Shown here piece after piece: positions 18,872-27,211 of a stretch of DNA of 64,000 bases. The first letter of the stretch is position 1; the number at the start of each line of letters is the position of its first letter. Made by a program: the position numbers and the translations under genes. The notes under the pieces are model-generated. The model saw nothing but the letters and a program-made list of their open reading frames with translations. It was not told the origin of the DNA and searched no databases. Source of the stretch: Candidatus Parcubacteria bacterium (lineage in GTDB: Bacteria > Patescibacteriota > Minisyncoccia > Phycocordibacterales > Zambryskibacteraceae); contig JAIFWN010000003.1 in NCBI GenBank assembly GCA_019658995.1, forward strand, positions 2,436 to 66,435. Reading direction: 5' to 3'.

Positions 18872-20632
18872 TTAGTTTTTTACGAATATGTTCCAGACTG
18901 AATTGGTCTCTATATACCAGTTTCTCGCATCTCTGAAGCGGTCCTGCGGGCTTCCAAGCTCTCCCAGTGCTACGCCGTTTACCGTTTTCGGCACTACGTA
19001 GAGGAAGTTCGGCGAGTAAAGGAATACGGCGGGGACATCTGCTCGCACGGCGGTATCGAAGGCCTGGTAGAGCATCTCGCGTTTGGCGGGATCACTCTCT
19101 GCCCGGGCATCCGTCAGAAGCTTGTCCACCTGGCTGTTGGCATAGAGAGCTATATTCAGTCCGGGATCATTTCTCTCGCTCGAGTGCCAGAACGGATAGA
19201 CGTCCGCATCTTTGCCTACAACTTCTCCGAAGAGTAGTGCGTCATAACGACGAGGACGGATGACATTCTGATTTAGATCACCCTGGTCATATATGGTGAC
19301 GCGCACATCGGCTCCCAGCTCGCTCCAGTCGGCCTTGAGCATATCGGCCACTGCCCGAAGTTCGGGGTTGTCACTAGTAGCGAGAGATAACGATAGTTTC
19401 AGTGTATCCTTTTTGGATTTTTTTTCAAGTATGCCTGTTTCGGAGTTCTTGGTCCAGCCGTTTTTCTCGAGGAGTGCGGAAGCGGCGGCCAGGCGCTCGG
19501 CTCTGGTTTTCGGCAAGGCGGCGTCATTTATGGAAGCAAAAAGGCCGGGAGGAAGCGGGCCTGATATGGGAGTGGCATAGCCGTCGAGCACATGATCTAC
19601 GATTTCTTGCTTGGGTGCAGACATATCAAGCGCCTGACGCACGGTCTTGTCGAGAAGTGCGCTGTTTGAGTTCTGATTGAAGAAGACTCCGAAAACCCTT
19701 GGCAGGGGAGCGGAGAGAATACGTGCACCCTTCTTCTTAAGTATAAGAGCTTCGTCCGGCGAGATGCCAGAGAGGCTCTCGATATCGCCTCCATCATAAG
19801 CATCAAGGAGATCGGCCTCGGAAGGGAAGAATTTGAAAACGTAATGAGCTATGTAAGGAGACCCGGCCACGCTCTCATCGAAAGGTGTGAGGTCGTAGTA
19901 ATTCGGAATACCTCCGTTATCACGGGTCACATTGTCGACCTTGTAAGGACCCGAACCTATGGGTAGGACATTCCACTGGCTGAACGAGAACTCGTCGTCG
20001 GTGACGGATGACCAGACGTGTTTCGGCAGGATACCGACTGTCAGGTTGTTTATGAAAGGCGCATAAGGACGCTTGAGGCTGAAAGTAACCGTAGAACTGT
20101 CGATCTTGTTTACCGTCACTCCGACAAAATCTCCGTAGAGGGGACTCTTGATGCCTGGGTCGAGGATCTTGCCGACTGTGAAGACGATATCGTCGGCTGT
20201 AATCCCCGCACCGTCGTGGAATACGGCACCCGGCTTAAGCTTGGCTGTGTAAGTCAGACCATCTCCGGAGACGGTCACACTCTCGGCAAGGTCTTCCGTG
20301 AGCTTGCCGCTCTTGTCGAAGCGCAGAAGCCCTGAGTATACGAGTGAGACCAGGTTCTTGTCGGCCTCCGAAATAGCCAGAACCGGGTTAATAAACCGCG
20401 GGTTGCCTATGATTCCCTCCGTAAGAGTGCCTCCGCGGAGCGGCACATCTACGAGGAAGGAATTGTTTACACGGAATAGGAGAATGACTGCGGAGAGTAC
20501 AAAGACCACGGTGAGGAAGAAGAAGACCGCCTTCTCGGCCAGGGTAAACTGGCGCAGAGCCTTCTCGGCATAGCGAATCTTCGGTATATGGAAACGCTTG
20601 GTAAAAAGCACTCGGAGTTCTTGGTATGTCAT
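18872..20632 (-). CDS. ABC transporter substrate-binding protein family 5 (OppA/DppA-like), TM-anchored
   Basis: NPRFINPVL, FHDGAGITADDIVFT, ILPKHVW, PIGSGPY, VRQAL. Confidence 0.9.
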   Translation of the reverse strand: MTYQELRVLFTKRFHIPKIRYAEKALRQFTLAEKAVFFFLTVVFVLSAVILLFRVNNSFLVDVPLRGGTLTEGIIGNPRFINPVLAISEADKNLVSLVYSGLLRFDKSGKLTEDLAESVTVSGDGLTYTAKLKPGAVFHDGAGITADDIVFTVGKILDPGIKSPLYGDFVGVTVNKIDSSTVTFSLKRPYAPFINNLTVGILPKHVWSSVTDDEFSFSQWNVLPIGSGPYKVDNVTRDNGGIPNYYDLTPFDESVAGSPYIAHYVFKFFPSEADLLDAYDGGDIESLSGISPDEALILKKKGARILSAPLPRVFGVFFNQNSNSALLDKTVRQALDMSAPKQEIVDHVLDGYATPISGPLPPGLFASINDAALPKTRAERLAAASALLEKNGWTKNSETGILEKKSKKDTLKLSLSLATSDNPELRAVADMLKADWSELGADVRVTIYDQGDLNQNVIRPRRYDALLFGEVVGKDADVYPFWHSSERNDPGLNIALYANSQVDKLLTDARAESDPAKREMLYQAFDTAVRADVPAVFLYSPNFLYVVPKTVNGVALGELGSPQDRFRDARNWYIETNSVWNIFVKN

Positions 20633-20643
20633 GAACTTGGCGT

Positions 20644-20871
20644 CTAGGCGCGGAAGAAGAGTGATGCGAATGAAGAGATGACGAAGAGTACGGCAACAGT
20701 AATAGTACCGATGAAAAGAAACTTCTCGAAGCCGCGGCGGGTATAACGGGTACTGTTCATCCCATCGGCGCCGAAGGCTGAGCCGAGGCCCGCTTCGCTG
20801 CGCTGCAGAAGAACTCCGCAGAGGAGAAGAATCGAAAGCACTACCTGTATGTAGGAAAGTAGAGTTGGCAT
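20644..20871 (-). CDS. secG: Preprotein translocase subunit SecG
   Basis: VLLQRSEAGLGSAFG...RGFEKFL, two TM helices, 75 aa. Confidence 0.9.
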   Translation of the reverse strand: MPTLLSYIQVVLSILLLCGVLLQRSEAGLGSAFGADGMNSTRYTRRGFEKFLFIGTITVAVLFVISSFASLFFRA

Positions 20872-20945
20872 ATACCTACGAGTGACAATAATAGCACGTC
20901 GGTCTATTGACTTCAATCGCATATACGATATAAAATCGGCCCACT

Positions 20946-21263
20946 ATGAACAGACAAATCAAGAAGCTAAAGATCGTGCCCATGGGCGATAGGGTGCTTC
21001 TCAGGCCGGAGAGGGAAACGGAAGAGAAAAGAATCGGCAGTGTAAGGATCGTTCTTCCGGAAAGCGTGTCTAAGGAGAAGTCGGACCGCGGCAAGGTGGT
21101 GGCCGTGGGCGAAGGAAGGTTTGAGGACGGCAAATTGGTGCCCATGAGGGTGAAAGTCGGAGATGCGGTGATCTTCTCCAAATACGGATATGACGAGGTT
21201 AAGCTTGATGGAGAGGAACTCTATCTGGTAAAGGAAGACAGTATCCTCGCGGTAATCAAATAG
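20946..21263 (+). CDS. groES: Co-chaperonin GroES
   Basis: PMGDRVLL, GKVVAVGEG, VKVGDAVIFSKYG, EDSILA. Confidence 0.96.
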   Translation: MNRQIKKLKIVPMGDRVLLRPERETEEKRIGSVRIVLPESVSKEKSDRGKVVAVGEGRFEDGKLVPMRVKVGDAVIFSKYGYDEVKLDGEELYLVKEDSILAVIK

Positions 21264-21266
21264 AAT

Positions 21267-22907
21267 ATGGCAAAAAAAATCTTATTCAACGAAGAGGCAA
21301 GGAGGAAGCTGAAGAGCGGTGTGGACCAGGTGGCAGACGCCGTGCGTATCACGATCGGACCGAGGGGACGTAATGTTGTCATTGATAGAGGTTTCGGCGC
21401 TCCGCAAATTACAAATGATGGCGTAACTATCGCAAAGGATATAACCCTCCCCGACAAGTTCGAGAATATGGGAGCCGAGATTGTGAAGCAGGTGGCCGAG
21501 AAAACAAATGATGTTGCCGGCGATGGCACCACAACCTCGGTCGTACTTACTCAGGCTCTGGTTAAGGCCGGATATGGAAAGATGCTCATGGGCGCCAATC
21601 CCATGGGTATAAGGCGCGGCATTGAAGCCGCTACCAAAGACGCCATCGAAGCCCTTAAGAAAATATCCAAACCTATAAAGACCGATGCTGAGGTCAAGCA
21701 GGTGGCCACTATCTCTGCGGAATCGGAAGAAGTCGGGAGAATTATCGCCGATACTATAAAGAAGGTCGGGAAGGACGGAGTAGTGACGGTCGAAGAGTCT
21801 GAATCTATGGGAGTGGACAGCGAAGTGGTGGAGGGTTTGGAGTTCGACAGGGGTTACATCTCTCCCTATATGGTTACAAATGCGGAAAGAATGGAGGCTT
21901 CATACCGCGATCCGCTCATACTGGTAACCGATAAAAAGATATCCTCGGTTAAGGAGATTCTTCCGCTTTTGGAGAAGATCGCTCAGACTGGCAAAAAGGA
22001 TTTGGTTATAATCGCTGAGGATGTCGATGGGGAGGCCCTGACGACCTTCGTTCTCAACAAGCTCCGCGGCGGATTCAATGTCCTTGCCATCAAGGCGCCT
22101 GGATACGGCGACAGGAAGAAGGAAATGTTAGGCGATATAGCTGTTACGGTCGGGGCTAAGGTTGTATCTGACGATACGGGAATGACCTTTGAAAATACAG
22201 ACATAGCTGTCCTCGGACGTGCCGCGAGAATCGCTGCCACCAAAGACAGTACCGTTATTGTCGGAGGCAAAGGCAAAAAATCTGATATAGAGGAAAGGGT
22301 TGCAACTCTCCGTGCGCAGAGGGAAGACGCATCATCGAAATTCGATAGCGAAAAGCTCGATGAGAGAATCGGCAAGCTCACCGGCGGAGTGGCAGTCATA
22401 AGGGTGGGAGCGGCCACCGAAACTGAGATGAAATATTTGAAATTGAAGATCGAAGATGCTGTGAACGCCACCAAGGCCGCTATCGCCGAAGGTATCGTAG
22501 CAGGAGGAGGAAGCGCACTCCTGAAGGTTTCCCATAAACTCGAAGCAAAATACAGATCATCTAACGAGGCCAAGTCCGCCGCTGAGAATGTCCAGTCGGC
22601 AGAATTCGCCGCAGGATATCTTGCTGTCGTCGAAGCTCTCAGGGAGCCACTGAGACAGATTGCCGAGAATGCTGGAAAGGACGCGGGAGTGATTCTAGAC
22701 AGCGTGGCCAAGGGTGGAGCGAACTCCGGTTACGATGCGCTCACTGATGTTTTTGTCCCGGATATGTTTGCCGCAGGTATCATAGATCCAGTCAAAGTTA
22801 CCAGAAGCGCGGTCGAGAACGCCTCAAGCGCCGTATCCATTCTTCTGACTACGGAAGTTGCCATAGCCGACGAGCCGGAGAAGGAAAAGAAAGAACCTGA
22901 GTTATAA
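21267..22907 (+). CDS. groEL: Chaperonin GroEL
   Basis: TIGPRGRNV, ITNDGVTIAK, AGDGTTT, FDRGYISPY, GIIDPVKVTR. Confidence 0.98.
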   Translation: MAKKILFNEEARRKLKSGVDQVADAVRITIGPRGRNVVIDRGFGAPQITNDGVTIAKDITLPDKFENMGAEIVKQVAEKTNDVAGDGTTTSVVLTQALVKAGYGKMLMGANPMGIRRGIEAATKDAIEALKKISKPIKTDAEVKQVATISAESEEVGRIIADTIKKVGKDGVVTVEESESMGVDSEVVEGLEFDRGYISPYMVTNAERMEASYRDPLILVTDKKISSVKEILPLLEKIAQTGKKDLVIIAEDVDGEALTTFVLNKLRGGFNVLAIKAPGYGDRKKEMLGDIAVTVGAKVVSDDTGMTFENTDIAVLGRAARIAATKDSTVIVGGKGKKSDIEERVATLRAQREDASSKFDSEKLDERIGKLTGGVAVIRVGAATETEMKYLKLKIEDAVNATKAAIAEGIVAGGGSALLKVSHKLEAKYRSSNEAKSAAENVQSAEFAAGYLAVVEALREPLRQIAENAGKDAGVILDSVAKGGANSGYDALTDVFVPDMFAAGIIDPVKVTRSAVENASSAVSILLTTEVAIADEPEKEKKEPEL

Positions 22908-22928
22908 TAGGATTACTAATCAAAAAAT

Positions 22929-23486
22929 ATGAACAAAGGAATCATTGCTCTGGTTGTCGTTCTGGTTCTCTTGGTGATTTACGGATTCTCCGGTTATAAC
23001 AGCCTGGTGACGTTGAATGAAGGTGCAGATGCGCAGTGGTCCAAAGTGGAAGCACAATATCAGAGGCGCCTGGATCTCATCCCGAACTTGGTGAATTCAG
23101 TGAAGGGGGTGCTCACTCAGGAGCAGACTGTCTTCGGTGATATCGCAGCAGCCAGAACCGCATACGGCAGTGCGGCAACTCCAGACCAGAAAGCCGCCGC
23201 CGCAAGCCAGGTTGAAGGTGCACTCGGCAGACTTCTCGTCGTGATGGAAAATTATCCGCAACTCAACTCATCTCAGACAGTTCGCGACCTCATGACCCAG
23301 CTCGAAGGCACGGAAAACAGGATCTCAGTAGAACGTACGCGTTTCAATGATGCGGTTCTTGCATACAACACGGCTATCAAGCGGTTTCCGAAGAATATCC
23401 TTGCCGCAGTAACAGGTTTCGGTGAGCGTTCTTACTTCAAGGCGGCTAGCGGTGCCGAAGTCGCCCCCACGGTAAACCTGGAATAA
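22929..23486 (+). CDS. lemA: LemA family protein
   Basis: YNSLV, QYQRRLDLIPNLV, ENYPQL, LEGTENRISVER. Confidence 0.93.
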   Translation: MNKGIIALVVVLVLLVIYGFSGYNSLVTLNEGADAQWSKVEAQYQRRLDLIPNLVNSVKGVLTQEQTVFGDIAAARTAYGSAATPDQKAAAASQVEGALGRLLVVMENYPQLNSSQTVRDLMTQLEGTENRISVERTRFNDAVLAYNTAIKRFPKNILAAVTGFGERSYFKAASGAEVAPTVNLE

Positions 23487-23490
23487 AAAC

Positions 23491-24339
23491 ATGAAGCGAG
23501 TTCTCTTCGCTTCTATCCTCACGCCTTTAGCGCTTTTTGCCTACGTTTCTCCGGGTTCTCCGAGAGGGTATGTGAACGATTTTGCCGGGATGCTTAGCTC
23601 AGGTACAGTCTCTTCTCTGGAGCAAAGTCTGAGCCGATTTGAAAATCAGTCCGGAGCCGAAATCGCCATAGTTACTGTACCCAATCTTGGCGGAGATACG
23701 GTTGAGAATTATGCCGTAAAGCTATTCGAAGAATGGAATATAGGCAAAAGTACGGAAGACAACGGACTCCTGCTTCTGATCTCACGCGACGATCGGCAAA
23801 TACGCATCGAGGTCGGCTACGGTCTTGAGCCAATCGTGACCGATATCGAGAGTGGCAGGATCATCCGTGAAATTATTACGCCGGCATTTCAAAATGGAAA
23901 CTATGACGAAGGTGTCACTCAGGCTGTAGCGAGATTCGAGTCTGATATAGGAGATGGTACTGCGCCTCCTGAGGATAATAATTCGCCGGAATTCGGTTGG
24001 GCCGGAGGGATCTTATACTTTATATTTTTCACCTTAACGGTATTGGGATCAATCTTAGGGCGCTCCAAATCTTGGTGGGCGGGCGGGGTAATAGGAGCCG
24101 GGCTTGCGGTTATTTTAGGATTCTTTTTCTCCTTAAAAGCGGCTATCTTTGCTGGAGTATTTCTTATACCTATTGGTTTGCTTTTTGACTTTCTGGTCTC
24201 GCGATCTTATCAGAAGCACAAGGACGGCGGACCTAAGCCCCCATGGTTCTTCGGCGGCGGCGGCGGCGGCGGACATGGCGGGTTCGGAGGTTTTGGCGGC
24301 GGAAGCTCCGGGGGTGGCGGAGCCAGCGGAAGATGGTAA
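23491..24339 (+). CDS. TPM-domain membrane protein (YgcG-like)
   Basis: VNDFAGML, DNGLLLLI, RIEVGYGLE, C-terminal GGGSSGGGGASGRW. Typical lemA neighbour. Confidence 0.9.
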   Translation: MKRVLFASILTPLALFAYVSPGSPRGYVNDFAGMLSSGTVSSLEQSLSRFENQSGAEIAIVTVPNLGGDTVENYAVKLFEEWNIGKSTEDNGLLLLISRDDRQIRIEVGYGLEPIVTDIESGRIIREIITPAFQNGNYDEGVTQAVARFESDIGDGTAPPEDNNSPEFGWAGGILYFIFFTLTVLGSILGRSKSWWAGGVIGAGLAVILGFFFSLKAAIFAGVFLIPIGLLFDFLVSRSYQKHKDGGPKPPWFFGGGGGGGHGGFGGFGGGSSGGGGASGRW

Positions 24340-24348
24340 TCTAAATGT

Positions 24349-24954
24349 ATGAGTGAGGATGCTCTTAAACGCAAAATTGCCGAGCTTGAGAAGACGGTAG
24401 AGTCTTTAGAAAAAGACTTGATCCACGACAAGCTTACGGGGCTCAAAACCCGGGCCTTCTTTGAAGAAGAAGCCAGGATTTACTTCGATGTTGCTATGAA
24501 CGCGGCCATGGAACATGGTCCGAGGAGGAGACAGTGGTTCGGCTTTACTCATATCTCCTTTATATTCTTCGATATCGACCATTTCAAAAAGATCAATGAC
24601 ACTCTGGGTCACCCGGCCGGAGATGAAGTGCTGCAGTCCATAGCCGAGAGCATCAAGACCAGCGTCCGCGATGGTGATACTGCCGCACGCTGGGGCGGCG
24701 AGGAGATTGCCGTAACTCTCGTCGGAGCGACTGAACGCGATGCCTTCCACAAAGCCGAAGACATAAGGAGACAAGTGGAGAATACCCGCTTTGGCAAGTT
24801 CCCGGATCTGAAGATTACCATTTCTGCCGGAGTGGCTTCGGCCTCGCCCGGCGGAACCTTTGAAAAAACTTTGGAAAATGCCGATAAGGCTCTCTATGCA
24901 GCCAAAAATACCGGCCGCAACAGGGTCGTAACGTATTCAGAGATATCGAAATGA
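24349..24954 (+). CDS. Diguanylate cyclase (stand-alone GGDEF with short coiled coil)
   Basis: DKLTGL, DIDHFKKINDTLGHPAGD, RDGD I-site, RWGGEEI, ADKALYAAK. Confidence 0.92.
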   Translation: MSEDALKRKIAELEKTVESLEKDLIHDKLTGLKTRAFFEEEARIYFDVAMNAAMEHGPRRRQWFGFTHISFIFFDIDHFKKINDTLGHPAGDEVLQSIAESIKTSVRDGDTAARWGGEEIAVTLVGATERDAFHKAEDIRRQVENTRFGKFPDLKITISAGVASASPGGTFEKTLENADKALYAAKNTGRNRVVTYSEISK

Positions 24955-24968
24955 AGAGTCGGCCGATT

Positions 24969-25454
24969 CTAACCCCTCTTCCACTCGGTTTTAATGCCCT
25001 TGCGGCGGTTGTCGGCCATGACTAGCTCATCATAGATGCCGTCGATGAGGTCATAGTTTTTGGATTCTTCGAGGGTGACCCAGGCGCACTTGTCAGTCTC
25101 ATTTTCCTGTAGTATCACATCACCGGAGACATAGTCTGCCATGCAGGAGATGACGAGCGAGGGATTGCTGTCAGCATGAACTGTGGCCAGGCTTGTGACG
25201 TATTCGATATTCTCGATCTCTAGACCCACTTCTTCCTTAACTTCTCTTCTCAAGACTTTTTCCAAAACATTGTACCAATAGTCTTTGGTTTCTTTAGGCA
25301 GATTTATATAATCGTTGGTCTCGAGCTTGCCGCCGGGCACAGTCCACATACCTGGGAAACGCTTCTTGGTAGGAGATCTTCGAGTAATAAGATATTTGCC
25401 GTCTTTGACGATAATGGCTGTCATCACCACCTCGTGCAGGAGTTTGTTTTCCAT
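24969..25454 (-). CDS. NUDIX hydrolase
   Basis: WTVPGGKLE...LRREVKEEVGL Nudix box with an insertion. ATG at 25454 lies 6 nt after TACAAT. Confidence 0.88.
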   Translation of the reverse strand: MENKLLHEVVMTAIIVKDGKYLITRRSPTKKRFPGMWTVPGGKLETNDYINLPKETKDYWYNVLEKVLRREVKEEVGLEIENIEYVTSLATVHADSNPSLVISCMADYVSGDVILQENETDKCAWVTLEESKNYDLIDGIYDELVMADNRRKGIKTEWKRG

Positions 25455-25475
25455 GCAAACATTGTACACCAAATA

Positions 25476-25500
25476 AAAAAGCTGACTTTGCGGTCAGCTT
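25476..25500 (-). terminator. Intrinsic terminator
   Basis: AAGCTGAC/GTCAGCTT stem with T-tract on the minus strand. Confidence 0.65.
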
Positions 25501-25979
25501 GTAGTCACGACATCCTTCTTAAGGTCGAAGACCTTGGTCAGTCGCCAGTAGGCGAGGATTGGTTTCTCGCCTCGACAGCGTATTTCGCCGAGCTTTTTGA
25601 GAGCTGCCCGACCCCGCTGGTAAGGTCGATAGCCGAGAAGGATATTTCTTCCGGCAGCACCCAAAAATTTCCAAACTAAATGCCTGTCTCTTCTCAGATA
25701 TCTAAGGCAGATGACGAGGGATCCCGTTTCAGCCAGGAACTTCTCGTCGCCTTCGTTCTCAGCGATCTTTAAGTCGATCTTGCCGATGTAGGCCTCATCT
25801 TCCAAGAAAGGCTCACCGAGCTTAGGTTTGATTCCGATGTCGCCGCGCGCCTTTGAGACATTCTCGTATGGTAAAAAGTCCGGGAAGGAGAACTGCAGCA
25901 TCTTGGGGTGGAATCCCCAGATGTATGCGACTCCATCCGGCTTTTTGAACACATATACGTAGCCGTTTATGAATCGCAT
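25494..25979 (-). CDS. Hypothetical protein
   Basis: ATG at 25979 with GAGG SD, TTGCGA-N17-TAGTAT upstream, terminator downstream. The longer track ORF overlaps the tRNA. Confidence 0.55.
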   Translation of the reverse strand: MRFINGYVYVFKKPDGVAYIWGFHPKMLQFSFPDFLPYENVSKARGDIGIKPKLGEPFLEDEAYIGKIDLKIAENEGDEKFLAETGSLVICLRYLRRDRHLVWKFLGAAGRNILLGYRPYQRGRAALKKLGEIRCRGEKPILAYWRLTKVFDLKKDVVTTS

Positions 25980-26041
25980 ATAGCCTCGTCCGCTTGTCTC
26001 TCGCCATACTAAAGTAGTTAGGGTATACTCGCAACACGTTA

Positions 26042-26126
26042 GGAGGGTTCGCATAGTGGTCTAGTGCGCACGCTTGGAAAGCGTGTGTGCCGCAAGGCAC
26101 CAAGAGTTCGAATCTCTTACCCTCCG
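26042..26126 (+). tRNA. tRNA-Ser(GGA)
   Basis: Acceptor stem GGAGGGT/ACCCTCC, anticodon arm CACGC-TT GGA AA-GCGTG, long variable arm GTGCC-GCAA-GGCAC, T-loop GTTCGAA. Confidence 0.96.
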
Positions 26127-26127
26127 C

Positions 26128-26619
26128 ATGGACATAAACGAAATTTATCGCAAGGAAATGAAGATTGCGGAGGAGATATATGGATCTCAAAGTGATCCCG
26201 ATCAGATACCAATTACGGAAGAATCTTTGCAGAAACTTTTAAGCTTGAGTCCGGATACCATTCCCTTTGTGCTAGACGATAAGGGAGAACCTATTTCCTG
26301 GCTGGTAGTCATCCCCTGTGACAACGAGAATACGGATAAATTTCTTAAAGAAGAGATTACTGAACGTGAATTCTTCAATAATCTCAAGCCGGCATCACAT
26401 TATGATGCTCTGTATATTTCCTCCGCGATCACTGTGCCCGCCCATCGGCGTAAGGGCTTAGCAGGAAGGCTCATAGTCGAAACGATCGATTTGTTTAAAC
26501 ATAAATATGGAGTTAAGAGAATTTTTGCCTGGCCATGGAGCAGAGAGGGTGGCGCGGCTATGGAGAAACTTAAATCTAAATACGATATTGAATTAAGAAG
26601 AGCGTTAGATCGCATTTAA
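26128..26619 (+). CDS. GNAT family N-acetyltransferase
   Basis: LYISSAITVPAHRRKGLA acetyl-CoA motif A. First ATG outside the tRNA. Confidence 0.75.
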   Translation: MDINEIYRKEMKIAEEIYGSQSDPDQIPITEESLQKLLSLSPDTIPFVLDDKGEPISWLVVIPCDNENTDKFLKEEITEREFFNNLKPASHYDALYISSAITVPAHRRKGLAGRLIVETIDLFKHKYGVKRIFAWPWSREGGAAMEKLKSKYDIELRRALDRI

Positions 26620-26681
26620 TGTGCTTAAGGTTGTAAGCGAAGCGGCGGCAAGCAATTGATAACTGATGCGTCTCCAGATAG

Positions 26682-27134
26682 ATGCAGCTCATATCACCAG
26701 ATTTTTTAAATGGGGGCAGTATTCCAGCACAGTTTACCTGTGATGGCAATGACATTAATCCGACTCTGGAAATCAGCGGAATACCTAAAGAGACAAAATC
26801 TTTAGCATTTGTCCTTGACGATCCTGATGCGCCATCAGGGACATTTACACACTGGATAGTCTGGAATATTCCACCCGTAACAGACAAAATCTTGCCAGGA
26901 ACCCTTCCTGTGGGATCAATAGAAGGATTAAATAGCGCTCACATGCTTGGTTATATCGGACCCTGTCCGCCGGTTGGTACACATAATTACATCTTCACAC
27001 TCTATGCTCTCGATGCGACATTGGATGACCTTGATCCGCAAAAAACCGGCAGGGGAGAGCTCTTCGACAAAATGACCGGACACATCATTGCTTCTACCGA
27101 GCTGGTCGGTTTGTATTGCAGAGTTCGAAAATGA
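26682..27134 (+). CDS. YbhB/YbcL (PEBP) family protein
   Basis: FTCDG, DDPDAP, FTHWIVWNIP, YIGPCPP, HNYIFTLYALD. Confidence 0.93.
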   Translation: MQLISPDFLNGGSIPAQFTCDGNDINPTLEISGIPKETKSLAFVLDDPDAPSGTFTHWIVWNIPPVTDKILPGTLPVGSIEGLNSAHMLGYIGPCPPVGTHNYIFTLYALDATLDDLDPQKTGRGELFDKMTGHIIASTELVGLYCRVRK

Positions 27135-27211
27135 ATGTGGCGGCTCTAGTTGGGGATATTTTCATATATTTAAGGCTCAGCAGTTGCTAAAATATGGAGT
27201 AAGCAACGCCC

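Noticed and set aside
26074-26127. N-terminal extension of the GNAT ORF, and the similar extension of the minus-strand ORF to 26054
   Set aside because: Both overlap the tRNA-Ser gene. Starts reassigned to 26128 and 25979.
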